DNA of 63,999 nucleotides, filler included, from Choristocarpus tenellus KU-1152 (taxonomy: Eukaryota; Protista; Phaeophyceae): assembly GCA_964200185.2 (NCBI GenBank). It is 11 parts of 11 records of this genome, joined end to end, with 100 filler letters (N's around TTAATTAATTAA, not from the genome) between each part and the next. Parts side by side here need not be neighbours in the genome. Positions count along the whole stretch, not along the records: positions 31,557 to 48,912 come from CAXNAD020000683.1; positions 49,013 to 51,724 come from CAXNAD020025393.1; positions 51,825 to 55,422 come from CAXNAD020019036.1; 8 more parts are not named here. One strand, written 5' to 3'. Position numbers and translations under genes: made by a program. Each line of letters starts with the position of its first letter. The first letter of the stretch is position 1. Of the stretch, positions 40,001 through 53,941 are shown one piece after another. The notes beneath the pieces were generated by a model. It worked only from the letters and a program-made list of their open reading frames with translations, made no database searches and was not told the DNA's origin.

Positions 40001-42894
40001 ACCAGACCCAAACACTACAACTGCGTAGGCATGGCATCCATTGTTCAGCATCAAATTCAAGACCAACAACAGCATAACGATCCCCTCTGCAAGAAACACT
40101 CGTGGCAGCCATATCCATCTATAAATCTATCAACAGCAAAAGTACGGGAAGGATATTAAAAACACATCAAAGTACACATAAACTAAAACAGAGTTCTCAA
40201 CAACTGTTCAATTGGTACAATCGCTAGGTCTAGGACTGACTACCAAGGATTTGGAACACCGCTGGGTACTCAATTGCTGGAGTCCTGAATGATATCGAGG
40301 GATTAAAACGCGGTCATGGAGGCAAGGAAATGCCAACATCAAGGTTGTAGAGGTCCTACACGCCAACTCCCCCTTGCCCCTAAACATCCTCCCTGCCATT
40401 CCCTCCCCCCTATTGGGACCGACCTCTCCCCCAAGCCCTAAAATCATCCATGAAACAAATGCATACCTGTGCCTCTCCACATAGCCTGCCACCAATTCCC
40501 AGGCTGTCGAACGGCGAGGTGCCCCACGGCATAACCTTGCTAACGCCACCAGCTCCTCCTTAACATCTCCTACAAAACTCCCACCATTCCCTCTCTTAAC
40601 ACTATTGCTCCACCTTCCTCCCACCCTTCCCCCTCTCCCCCAGTCCCGACGCTTGTTCTTGCTCTTCCTGTCGCCTCCACCACCGTCCGCATCTCCTTCT
40701 GGGCCTCTCCTGCTGCTGCCCTGTGACAATCCATTCTCGGCCCCGCTGTCGCATTTGGCAACTTGCCGACGCTGTGGGCGAGGGAACAACGCCTTTCTCT
40801 TTTCCTCCAACTCTTCCCCTTCATCACCCCCTGTAATATCTTGACCTTCTCCCTGTTGTTGTTGTTCCCAGGGTCTCATTATATCCATAGCTCCTTTTTC
40901 AATGGCAGCAGCTATGTCGGCCCGAGTCCAGGCATTCACAGGTTGGACGGGAAGCAGGGTGTTGCCAGGGGCCTGAAATGGGAACGGATGTAGCATGAAA
41001 TGCAGAGATGCTTGACGTAATATATCCTTTCCCAAAGGAGATTGGAGGGGGGGGGGGGGGGGGAAGGCAAAAGAAAAAAGGGGGGGGGGGGGGGGGTGAG
41101 GGGGGGGGGGGATGTCTTNNNNNNNNNNTTCACCAAACAAACGGTACTGATGTGTGTGCGAAAGTAGGTTGGGGGGGGGGGGGGGGGGGGGGGAAGGCAA
41201 AAGATAAAAGAGGAGGGGAAGGGAGGTTAGGCAGTGTGGGTATGTCTTCATTGGTCATGATGGCCAGATGGAATTGGAGGGAGGGGAAACAGGAAGGGAT
41301 TGGGGAGGTCACATGAAACATTGCCTTGCGATTTTCTTGGTTAGATGTAAAAAATAGAAGAAATAATAATTGTAAGTAGTAAGCCTCCTCGCAGGGTCTG
41401 ATGTTCTCACAGTCAAGACATTACCAAGGGTTCCAGTGATAAAGGGGCAAACAGTTGAACAACCCAGTCAAACAAATCAACTGTATTGACCTCTATGCGT
41501 TCTAATATCAAGGACCAAACAATCCAAATTCTCCACAATCCAACTCACTACCTATGATACTACATGCTTCAAAATATACCACAGCAGAAGCAGCAGCAAA
41601 AGGGAAAATGATTTTCTAAGAGCTTCAATCTTTGGACAACACACCTTGCATAGATCCTGAGCAATGCTGCACTCTCCCCAGTCACACCTGAGGACCGCGA
41701 CCACAGCAGGGCAGTAGAGGTCAACTCGGGCACTGCCAACAATTGACATGATCAGTGCCACCCGACACCCCTGAAGCGTACACATCGGTATACATTTACT
41801 CCACGGTTAGTATGGCAAGGGACAGCTGGGAGAAGGGTGCTTGTCGGTCAGGAGGTGAGATTCTAATCATATACTGTACCCAAAACACAACAGAGTATGC
41901 GCTTTGCGGGGCTGGTTGGCGCAATCACAATGGCAGTTGGACATAAGCTACGAGGGTAGAAGTGGATGGAGAGATAGGGAAGGGACTCCACAGATGAGTG
42001 GATTAATGAAATACAAAATCTGGGGAAAGATAGGGAAGGAGATTAAGGATTTAGGATACTCTATGCCCCACTGTCTGAGAAGAATTCTGGTGCATAGTCC
42101 TTCCCAACAAAATAAATAGACTTTCGCTTTTGTGAAGATTGCCACAAAATAGTACACTGAACTTTTACAACTTTAGAATCTGCTGTCGAGCACTCTCTCG
42201 TATGCTCAAAATGCATTGAAATTGAACATCTGGTGGAGAGTTGAGAGCAGGGATCTGGTCAAGCGATAAAGTTATGTAGTCCAGAGCACGGTTATTCTAT
42301 TCTAAATGTATCACTAGTATACTGAAAAGACTTGGTGATACTATAAAAAAAATTGCCGTGCATGGTTCTTTCATCTCTCGCTTTGATATGGAATGAAACT
42401 CGGGCTTTAAGCGCACCAGATCTAGCTGCTAACACACCCTGTCATGAAGCACACAACTCCAAAGTCACACAATACTCCAGCAGATTGTGATAAAGCACAA
42501 CACGTGAGTACATTAGAGTAGGGAATTGCTCTCTTTAAGGCACACATAAATTCCCGACCAGCAATCTGGCAAGCATAGAGCAATTCTTCATCACAACTGT
42601 TGATCCCAAATACTTCCCAGTGATGAAACAATATTACACTCCATAAATTGGAGTTCACACAATAAGGATTGTCAAAGCAGAGTCGCTGGTGAGAGGTGCC
42701 TCTCTACCATGCCTATAAAATATATAGAGGTAGAGGTAGTGGGAATATCGCTGCACCTTTGACAGATTGTGTAGGGGGCGGATATTGAGCAGGCGTTTAA
42801 TTGTGCCACTCAGCAAAGTCTCCCAGTCTATGATCCCCTGTGTATCGCCCCCATATTTTGCATGATTCCACAAGTACAGCTCCAGAAGGTCCGC
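37002..42894 (-). CDS. Large multi-exon gene of unknown function with a long low-complexity terminal exon (may extend upstream to ~43900)
   Basis: AG/GT-bounded open exons 42757-42894 (ADLLELYLWNHAKYGG...), 41645-41770 and 40467-40972, further candidates at about 38970-39455, and a ~345-codon open terminal exon at 37002-38037. No family recognised. Confidence 0.55.
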
Positions 42895-45800
42895 CTGTAT
42901 TTGATGGAGAACACAGACACCAAGGGGAGGCACCGGAGGCGGGCGCATAGTGAAAAGGGACAGGCAAGGACAGAAGGGAAAGATAGGGGATAGCAAAAGT
43001 GTGACGTGGGTGAGATTGGCAATATACTGGATGAGATGGATCCAAAAATAAATCTAATGTAGCCGATAGTGACTTAGTACGTTTTCAGTGGCTAGTCCAC
43101 TGTTAGATGAAAATGGATGAGGTTAACATCCGCAATGGAATAACGTAGTCCACGCACCCTTTAAGGTGGTCCCAGCACCCAGCACGACACCAACGGATCA
43201 AGTGGTACAGGCATCCCATTTTTGGAGGGTACAGCGACACAGAGTTGCCTATTTATTCTGCAGTGCTAGGTGCAGGCCGGGAGAGGACAGAAAATGCAAT
43301 ATATAGAGAAGCAGAACAGGAAAGGGTATGTGGCAATAAAAGGTGGGGAGAATATTCGACATGAGCTCGGCCGGGGATCATGACAAGATGTCATCGTTAC
43401 CCCGGTCTTGCGACACTAAATATTGTGGATATATCTTGCATGTGGACACCTTCTTCCAACTTTTCCAAACCGGTGGTCTCGATCGGGCCCTTCAGCATTG
43501 TCAACAATCACACTCGGTGTTTGTGGTTGATGCCCATGAATCGCAGAGTGGAGAACACTCGTCACCCTCTCCAGTCGCAACTTTTAAATCCCGGAACCGG
43601 TTGCCCTCAAATACAATACGGGTTTCCTCGTTACCGTCATGTAGTCCATAATAGAAGTGGAGTCGGACAGAATTCGAAAAGTTGATGTCCAAGGGAAACC
43701 CAGTCTTAAAAATGTAATATACACTGATCAACTTCAAATGTGTGAAGAAAGCGTCCATCTCTCGCAGTGGCAAGGGAGTTCCGCTACTTTTTTTTACTCT
43801 CCATCGTTCCGCTCTATCGAGAAACGGCACGGAACCACATCTTCTTGACAGAAACTTTCCTCCCCACCATCTTGCTTTCAACATCAGCGAAAAGGGCGAA
43901 GACACCTCATATGGTAGGGAAGAGAAACCTTAGAACCAAAACAAACCAATTTTTTGTTGATAAACAAACCTCTAAATTCTTTGCACGGACGGAGTCCTTC
44001 CTCGCCAAGAGCATATCTTCAGTCTCCAGGAGAATACTACTATCACATGATCGAACAAGTCGACTCTATTTTCAAACTTCAAACTTTCAACATATTCACC
44101 TCCTCAATTGTGTAGATAATCACCTCTGGGGGTAAATGTAAACTATCGTGTGTAACGACGAATACGGACAATTAATTCATCGAGGAAATCTACAATTCAC
44201 GAGGTTTGACCGTGTAATTGAAACAGGCGACTGGACGACAGGATGTCGAACGTGTTCTGAGGGAAACAAACATCAGCCTACTTACAGTTCTTCCCCACTC
44301 AGAAACTAGAAGAACTGTGGGAGGCGTACTAGTTTGACCTCTCTCAACCTATTTCTAATGAAAACAGAACTACTGTATAATACAAGTTTTGTACCATAGT
44401 TGTCAAAAATTGTCTTATCCACAATCTGCATGAATCATCCTTTGACCGAGTAGTAGGTATTCCACCTGATTCGGAGGCTCAAATCCGAAGTACCCATAGA
44501 CTCTGCTGCACGGATGTGTGACTTGGACACTGAGAAAGGACCGCATTACACTCAATTCCATGCCCAAAACTGCAAATTCCTACAAGCAAGCGGATTGGAT
44601 TTCGGAAACGGAAACGTGCATACCGCCTCATATCCCACAAAGAAATCGCAAGGGAAACTGGGTGTGAATGCATTGAGACCAGTATCTGTAAAAAGAGTAT
44701 TTGCGGGCTCCATGTTGCGAATGAATGGAAGATCAACGATTGTACAAGAACCTAGTGTTTTGAGGACTCGACACTCATAAACCAAAGGGGGAGAGGAAGG
44801 TCTAGAGAAAAAATGATGGTGGTGGCTCCAAGACGACCTCAAGGCTTCGAAACCACAACTGATCAGTGGATTTCTCTTGCAGGAGACTTAAACAGGTGGC
44901 ACACAGGTGTGGAGATTGGAACTAAATGCCTAATGGATGCATATCAAAATGTAAAGATCGAAGCAGCCACTCCCCGTCATGCAAATGATCTTGACGACTA
45001 ACCACGTATGATGATGCCTGCTTCTTCTCTTCTTATTATTTTATTCTTTGGAGGGGGTGAGGACTCGATTCCTCAGCTTAACCTAATATATCTTCTTGGT
45101 AATAATAGTGGTAATAAATTCCATCTACCAGGTGTAAATTCTTTACATAGATAGATGGTTCGAAGTACATACGGGAGAGTGTCTCTTTTTGAGACAATTA
45201 TTATGGTCCTTGATGCCGGAGCGGGCGCTTGAATTGTTCTTTCCATTCTGCATAATTTCTTCTTATGTGCGTTAACTCGACTGATGGATTTACCTATATT
45301 TTGGTACATATATCGTTTCTCGTTTTTTGCTTTCTTCAGTGTTGCCTTTTCTAACCGCAAGTTCGAGTGTCCTGATGTCACTTCCTTCTCCTTAATAATG
45401 TCTACCTTTTTCTTTATTTCTTTCAAACATCACTGCAACACGCTTCGAACTATTGTGTGATGATCAACAATCAAAACAATTAATCCTGCGGGTCGGGATC
45501 TTCACCTCGAGCGTGACTGCACGCTTTCCTCTTGTGGGAGGAAATATTTTCTAAATATTGGTTGAGCTCTGTTCAATCAGAAGCAGGGGATAACCCAGCA
45601 TAATCGGTGGGCCATCAACCCACTAGTCGCGCGCTCTCCCCGAGCGGTCATCTCTATTTTCGTGCTCCCCTTTCGTCTATCTCAGAACCACATCCTACCT
45701 GTTTGTCCTCCAACTGAGTGAGTGGGGAAAGCGGTCCAGCCAGGGTCTGATCCCACAAACCCTGATTTTGTTAAATCATTGACACGGAGCAAATCCAGAC

Positions 45801-48800
45801 GACATTCCCAGCCTTGACCCTTCTTCTTAGAAACACCTATACCTTACCCTATAACCCCTTGCACTCAGACGTCGACAAGTAGAGACTACAGTTCGATTTA
45901 GGGGCCGAGTGACAGTCAGCTCCTTCAGGACTCAACTTCGGGGATTCTCGTTCAAGCAAGATTAGCATAGAAATACCTCAGGAAATCACTCAATTCTGCT
46001 CGTGGTGCTCGAAGGTTGCATTAAGTCATGCCCCAAATCAAGACCAATATAGAATTGTGCTTTGTGGGTGGCTATTCTACAAAACATAGACCTGAACGAA
46101 TCAAGTCCTCACTCCCTTTGAATGGTTCTCGAGCGTAAGATGGGGGGAGGGAGTCAGGCAGAACCTGGTGCCAACATTACACCATGGTTCAAACTGGCGA
46201 AGAGTGGAGAATTGGATTACTATTCAATGAAAGCAAGGAACTGACAGCAGGAGGAAGTTCATCAAGACTTCTAAATTCAATTTAACTGCAAGCATTTCAA
46301 CAACTTTAATTCGGCCATCTGCATGGCATGTTCTGAAAAAAAATGATTAGGTTCGAAATACTCCACAGGGCAAGGGTATCCACTACAACACAATGCAAAA
46401 CAAATTAATTGACACCCAGCGGATATTATATCAAGTGTGTGAAGAAAGTTGTCACAGCAGCAAGGGAAGGGTCAACCCCTAAATACCACAGCATGTAACT
46501 AATAGTATATCGTGGTTCGAAGTGTCCATAACCTTACATAACATAGAGACGTTTGTACAACACCCTACTGTACTCAGCTGATGTTCTCTGAAGTAGCAAA
46601 TTCTGCTGTAGTGGGTAGGTACTACTTCTGGTAAATAGAGTGTTGTGCTCAGTAAAGGTTAACTCCTTAAAGCCCAAACTATGGAAGTCGTTGATTCGTG
46701 GGTGCATCAATGTCAAGGAGCGCCATCATATTTTCAAAAATATATACGTTTTGCGAGTGCTTCTGGGGTATACGCTAATAACCACGCTACCACCAGCAAT
46801 GTAGTCTAGATGAGATGTGTGATATACGGTCACTGCAGTGGTCCACAGAAGGGAAGTGTGGAGAGCTTTGGAGATCGTGATGATTGTAGATCAACTCCAC
46901 AAGGTTCAAAGCTTTCCCTTCCATCACACCAAAAGAGGCTACACTAGCAATGGTGAATGTTTCTCATTAGGCATTAACTAGAGTCCACGACTTCTCTTTA
47001 ATATATGTGATCTTGTGCGGTGTTTTGTTGAAATGACGTTGTCTAGATATAGGATCACCTGTCCACGAGCAAGGTGTGGACTTGTTTAAAGGCGCAGCAC
47101 CCATCTACCTGTCACCTCGTAGATCCAGGTTGTATAATACTTTTTCGTTTTAGTGGGTCATGTGTAGAGACACAACCGTGGGAGAGGGTCACAGGAGGCC
47201 TCGTTGTTCGGAACTGTGATATGACTGCAGCTTATATTTAATCTCTTCAGATCAGAGTGATAACCAATCAGGGCAGCGGGCCGACCCGAGTGAATATATT
47301 TTGACATGATTGATCCAGGATTGCAACCAGACCAGACGGCAAACTGATCCTGGTCAAAACATACAGGAACAAGGATGCTCCGTGTCTGCCACTGGGTCAG
47401 ACTAGGCCGGTTCGCCCTTGATTTGTGTGGGTGGTGCAAAATGCCAAGGTTATCATTAGATTAATTAGCACACAAAAAGTTTCAGTTAGCAGATACCAAT
47501 ATTCCAAAAGTGTATTGCAAAAAGTAGCAATTAGCAAGCATCAACTACTCTACTGTTTTGAACCAGGAGAAAGTACGGAAAAATTATGTTATCTTTGTTA
47601 TATTTGTTTGATTCAATCCTCGGTGTACAAGGCAACGCCCACCCAGCGCCACATTGTGTCGTGAAAAACCGAAAGCCCCCCTTCATGGTTAGCGCCCTGC
47701 TTGAGACACAAAAGGATAACACATGTATTATTTCTCGTGCTCTTTCTCCAATAACAGAAGCATTTTCTCCTACAATATCTGAGGTGGGATGTTGCTCGTG
47801 TCTTGTTTTAGAAGGGATAAGAAATAAATTATTAATGTATTGCGAAGAGGTTTTTGACGCGGTATAAAACCAACATTTTCAATAAAGCTACTACACGCCC
47901 AATTAAATTCTTGAGATATCGTTAGAGGAGTGAAAGGTACATGGAAGATAGCTTGTATACAAAGCAAGACAGCGACCAAGAACAGAAGCCTGTTTAGTTC
48001 ACATGTCACAGTACAATAATGAAGTATATATTCCCTCTATCCCACAGATCTATGCCGTAATGTTACAGCTCTTCGAGATGACCTCCAATTACAAAACGGA
48101 TTTTTGCGTTGATACCTTTAAATATTCCAAACGTGAAATAATACTCCAATTACATGTTACATACTTGTGTGGCAATTGTAGCAGCATTGACAAGAATCAA
48201 GTAGCAAACGACAGAAGGCTATACACCTATACTCTTTTGCTACTAGCAATATGAAGGCCAAGTCCATAAAATACTACTGTGGCTGCGCCCTGCTGCTGCA
48301 ACTGTATTTTTCCAGTCTCCAGGCTCAGGGTGCCTCCTGGCACCTATGGCATCCTCCATGCCTCCATGAAAAAACGAGATGCGAAGCAGGAAGACGATAA
48401 GCTGCACATTATCAGGGGGTACACGGTACTTTTCTCTTCCTTTTGTGTTTGAGTAATGATTGAAAGGATGAAGCTCTTTCTCACCACCACTAGCAAGCGG
48501 GTCATTGAAGTCACTTCTCTCATTGCCCACGAGAAAGCATGACTCCACGTTGAAGGATTCAAATCCCACTGGTTATGTGAACTACTCCATTTGCTCTCCC
48601 CTCATCAATTGCACCACTGGTCCACGAGCAGTAGTTGAACTCCCACCGAAATGTCCAGGAGATGTGGCGTATGGTGGAAGATTCTTCACAAATGCTTTCA
48701 GTGATGCTCAACACAGAAAAGGTTTTAATTTGGCGAACTTTTCATTATCAAGTTAATAAGTCATTCAAATACACTGCAAATATGGTTAGAGTATCTTTTT

Positions 48801-48851
48801 GTTTCTCTACGATAGATGCTCGAAAAAGTCAACATGTTCAACAATATTTGT

Positions 48852-48912
48852 GGCTCAAAGTATCTGGGAGGGGGTGGCGGCTGTCCATTTGGGGTCAATT
48901 TTTTCATGTCGC
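48852..48912 (+). mobile_element. Family A MITE end at contig edge; a reverse-oriented end follows the linker at 49013-49082
   Basis: GGCTCAAAGTATCTGGGAGGGGGTGGCGGCTGTCCATTTGGGGTCAATTTTTTCATGTCGC and its reverse complement. Confidence 0.85.
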
Positions 48913-49197
48913 NNNNNNNNNNNNNNNNNNNNNNNNNNNNNNNNNNNNNNNNNNNNTTAATTAATTAANNNNNNNNNNNNNNNNNNNNNNNNNNNNNNNN
49001 NNNNNNNNNNNNCCAAAAATTGCGACATGAAAAAATTGACCCCAAATGGACAGCCACCACCCCCTCCCAGATACTTTGAGTCATATGTTTAATGTTACAT
49101 ATGTTAAATGTGTTAAATGTTACATATGTTAAATGTTATGTATGTTAAGTGTTAGATACGTTCGGTTAAATACGTGCGTTTGTGAACTCTCGATCAG

Positions 49198-50433
49198 GAC
49201 TTGGAGGCGCACTTCAAGAGTGCAGGAAAGACTGTGAACAAGGAGACCATCGAGGAGTTCGCATGGGAAACCTTGAAGAGTGGAAAGGTAAGTCTTGTCG
49301 CAAAAGTTGCCTGCACGGGGTGATGGTGATGGTGTTTTTTTATTATTTTTTTTGGGGGGGGGAGGTCAAAATGAGAGGGGTGATGGTTTCAGCTGTTTTT
49401 TTTAAAATTGGAACAAAAGGGGGAATTGGGGGAAAGGAAGTGTTGATAAGGATGACTTGTTTCTTCAAGACTGAATTTAAAATGCATTCTGTGGGTATCG
49501 GCTGCGTGGTCTAATGGTCTAATGACATGTTCAATCAGAAAGTCAGAGTCCTCAAGACCAAGTGGAGTAGAGTATGTACTTTGCGGAATGTTTCCGATCA
49601 GAAGGAGTGTAAGGCTCCTTGGGAAGGCGTTTTACTGTGGCTGTGAACCCCAGAGAGTATTCCTGGTTTACAGTTACAGTCGGTTCAGGTCTAGAATAGA
49701 GCCGGTTAATTGCAACTAGTCATCTCAGTCACCCTGCATGGCGTGTGCCTACCTAGTCTGAGGCTAATGCTGTACACATGCGTGTCATTGTGTGTATGTA
49801 TCGCAGAGCAATATTTTGGAGGTGTGTTTGTATGCACATGTGGAAGGCGTGTGTGTGGAGTGACCACAACCAATCGGCAATAGTAAAAATATACATACAT
49901 ATTTTTCGTGCTCGGGCGGTTCAGTGAATGAACAGTGTGCTTTTACATACTTCAAGAGCTGGATTTGACGATATGAATAATAAAAATGTGATATTTATAC
50001 ATTTCTTTATGTTTTTGAAGGTGTGTTTCTCAGGCTTCATGGATACATCATAAAAGATAATAAATAATATTAATAATAGTCAACGATTGTTTTTTAATGA
50101 TGTCATTGTAGTCCCTCTCTGTGAACATTATAATTTTTACCATTTTTGATTAGAATAATAAATATATGTACATTCTTACGCTCATGTCAACATTTTATTT
50201 TTTACCACTTTTGATTAAAATAATAAATATGTATATATGCATGAACAATCTCTGCATTTTTACACACGTGTCGTCAACATTTTTTATTTTATTTTTTATT
50301 TTTTCAGGTTATTCCCGGGTACGGTCACGCTGTACTTCGAAAGACTGATCCTCGATACACTGCACAAAGAGAGTTTGCGCTCAAGCACCTTCCTGACGAC
50401 GAGCTGTTCAAGATCGTCTCCACCATTTATGAG
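49198..50433 (+). CDS. CS: Eukaryotic (mitochondrial-type) citrate synthase, two internal exons
   Basis: Exon 49198-49287 [30 protein letters not shown] and exon 50308-50433 [42 protein letters not shown], which contains the [13 protein letters not shown] signature. Phase 0 GT-AG junction; this frame is absent from the ORF track. Confidence 0.95.
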
Positions 50434-52554
50434 GTGATTGCTTGTCTATGTGTCTCATGTGTGTGTTGTCTTATGTATGCCTTATCTATGTGTTGTCGAA
50501 GTGTGTTTTATCTATGTCTTTTCTATGTATGCCTTATCTATGTGTTGTTTATGCATTGAATGAAACCTAAAACTTTGAGAGGTCAATATTTTAATGTGTT
50601 TATGTGAGAGTGTATTGACTGCACCCTGAAATTTCGAGGGGTTATATATATATGTGTGTGTGTGTGTATTTATTTATTTTTGAAGTGTTGTGATTGGTTA
50701 GGAGGTGGTAGGTGAAGTGTAACTGCGAAGGGTATGTGGGAGCAATACTACCCTATTTTATTTTTATTTTGTTTTGGTCAGAGATGACATAATATGTATT
50801 GTGTGTTCTTCCCCCAATTAGGGTTGTTACGTTTGGCTCCTAGTTCTTCTCAGGCGGGGTTATGAGCAAGTCTTTTTACAACTGGTAGCGACTATATGTG
50901 TGTGTGTATGTTGGTATTTATTTTGAGTTATGGGGTTTTGTGGTTGTGTTGTGCTACAGTGAGTTGTACCGAGAGGTATACCCTATTTTGACATTTTTGT
51001 ATCTTGTACCTTTTTGTGTACAGAGGAAGGTCCCAAGAAATGATTTCACTACAGCAGAGAGTCTGAAAAGATGTTTTTTTTTCCCCACAATTGAGCAAGG
51101 ACTGTTCTTGTAGTGTTCCAAAAATAAATGGCTTTTTAGGAAATTTCTGAGGGTCCTTGTTATCCTACCGTGTACACATTTCTTTCAGTTGGTATGTGAC
51201 TCAGGGAATGGAGTTATCGACAAGAATTTATGTCGTCATTCCAGTCATAAGCACAGGAGATGAGTCCCACCCGTTGGTGTCCTTGATCACATGTAACCCT
51301 TGCTCTGAGTGTGCACCCACGTGAATATCAGTTGCGTGAGGTGGAGGCAGGGGATTGTCCCCCTGTGATTGATGACAGTGGTTGTGGTCATGGGTCCCTC
51401 CCTTTAAGGTGGCCTGGGTGGATCTCTCTCTGCAAGTAGATATCGCTGTAGGGTGTGCAAGAAATTCCTAACCCTAACCCTAACCGTAAGAAATGCTTCG
51501 CGTCAACCAGCTGCTCGAGAATTTTAAAAACAAAAAATTGAGCGAGGTTAGTACATTAGAAATGGATAGTGAGGTGTGTCCGTTTTTGTCTTGGATGTGT
51601 CTTGTAGTTGCGAGGAGTTCCTTGCACTGATGGCGTCTATTCAAATCAAAGAGAGAGAGAGGGGGGAGGTGAGAATCTTGCTGTGTGTGTGTGTGTTTTT
51701 TTTTTTCTGTCTCTGCACACAAGANNNNNNNNNNNNNNNNNNNNNNNNNNNNNNNNNNNNNNNNNNNNTTAATTAATTAANNNNNNNNNNNNNNNNNNNN
51801 NNNNNNNNNNNNNNNNNNNNNNNNGACCCAAAATTGACTGGGATAAAGTGTCGATATGTTTTTTTTTGTATTGTAATAGTTCCTACTCCACACACCCCAC
51901 ACCACTCAACACCACTCAACACCACTCACTCCGCAATCATCCAAGAACACCCCTTCATGATCCACTTCATACCGTGCCTTTGAGCTAGAAGACATCTACC
52001 CTGCCCGAACTTGACCTTCCCCTCCCTTTCCCAGTGTTCCCGTTGGTCGTGAGCAAGTGAAAGGGTGGGTGGGCCGGTGAGCTTGCTCGGAGGTTGTCTT
52101 GTTCTTGCCCTCCTCGTCCTGTACCCCTGGTTCTCAGTCCTCTTATTAGATACTGAACATTCCTCCCCCTTCCCTCTTTCTACCGCTCATTTTATTAAAC
52201 CTTCTCCCCCCTCTCTTAGTTATTCCTTAACTATTCGCTCTCTTCTTGCTTCCTTCTTTTTCTTTCACTACCCTCCCTTGTCCTGTGCCCCCAGCCAACA
52301 AGAATTCTTCCGCCTACAAACTCAGATTACTTCATAAACTTTCACTTTTTGTAACATCCTTAACTTTATGTTGAAATTGTAGTGTCATGTCACAGAACTT
52401 GTCACGAAAAAAAGTAATTTTTTCATAATGTAGAGTATGGTGGAGAATCCAACTTAACGTGCGCACGGTTTCGTTCATGCGCGCGGAATCCTTCATCTCC
52501 ATCAAATTTCCCAAAACGTTTGTTTTGGTATCATCCCCTGACCAAACGTGGGTC

Positions 52555-53941
52555 ATGTACCATTTGGTGAGCGGACTATCCTGCTCCTTATTACTGTTTT
52601 TTTCTGGCAGGGGCGTGAATTGTTTTTTTGCAGGAGTCCCTGGCCCCTCACATCGAGCAGAAGCTGCTCAACGACGTGGAATTCACGTTGTTAACCTGCG
52701 CTTACCTTGGCGAGGAGGGGGTTCATCTAGCCAAGAGGAGGACGATCCAAAGCCTCTATACATCTCGGAGCCAATGTCGATCCACCCTCCTTCTGCTTTG
52801 CGGAATAGAGCTATGATAACTTCAGAGCTGAAGCGATGGCTTCAAATGGGAAGAGGTCGTGAGCAAACCGGCCGAGTTCTGGAGGTTGCGAGTGGAACTG
52901 GATGTCATATTGAGGCCTTTGCAAAGATCCTACCTGGATGGACTTTTCAGCCAACGGAGGTATCCATAGTCCTTATTAATGGAAAATCTTATAGTAGTTG
53001 AACCTGCATAGTTGTCTTGCCCATTCTGTGTGTGAGACTCCGATCTTTAGCGAGTGCGGACTCATATTGGGTACTGTGAGGCGAGGTAGGATCTCCCATA
53101 CTTGCAACCAAACACATGATGACTATCGGCATTGCTTTCCAATCTGAACCTACATATTGAAAACCTATCCACCCTGATCATCCCCTTTTAATGCAATCGT
53201 GGGGCTGACCTGTATGACGTTGTGGAACTCATCAGTGTTTTCGTTCCTCACCCTCGCCCCTTACTCTCGAGGCAGTGTGACGAATCTCGGATGTTAGACA
53301 TACAGCAAACTTTGGAGCAGTCACGACTCAGCAACATATTGAACCCCAAGCCTCTGGATGTTCGCACCCCTCACGACTGGACTCAAGTTGGTGGGGGAGA
53401 GGTTGAGTCAGCGTTGCCTTGGGATGCGGTGGTCGCTATCAATATGATTCACATATCTCCTGAGGTTAGCATGCAATCGGCGGAGTGTACTGGTGGTGCA
53501 AGTGCAGAGCCATTGAGCGACCCAGTGAATACTTTTGGAATTGTTGAGAAGGGTGATGTACTAACGCTTGCAGTTCCAGCCTCACCCCCCTCATTCCCCT
53601 CCCCCACCCAATGACTCTCATTTCTCCATTCCCAATCTATTGCCAACCCCAATCAGCCCTGCACCGAGGGACTCATGGAAGGGGCACAAAGGGTGCTTCG
53701 TGCTGGTGGTCGACTGTATTTGTATGGTCCTTTTGTGTTGGAGGGATTGCTGGCGCCAGAGAGCAACGTGGTTTTTGACGCTACATTAAAGGCCCGAAGT
53801 GAGGGCCAGTGGGGAGTCAGAGATGTGGCCTGGGTAGCCAAGGTAGCTGCGACAAAGGGGATGGAGCTGACAGCCATGAAAGCTATGCCTTCTAACAATT
53901 TCATGGTGATCTTTACAAAGGTGTGGTCACTGAGCAATTGA
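52555..53941 (+). CDS. METTL26: DUF938/METTL26-like SAM-dependent methyltransferase
   Basis: Exons 52555-52959, 53276-53464, 53657-53941. Motifs PSALRNR, VLEVASGTGCH, WTFQPTE, INMIHISP, GLMEGAQRVLRAGGRLYLYGPF, ESNVVFDATL, WGVRDV, MPSNN. Alternative start at 52774. Confidence 0.92.

Noticed and set aside
44150-46000. Possible decayed non-LTR retrotransposon, with faintly similar sequence at 61930-62340
   Set aside because: No RT or endonuclease motif could be read with confidence.
48852-49082. Apparent single fold-back element spanning the gap
   Set aside because: The two arms are the same MITE end on different contigs, either side of a linker.
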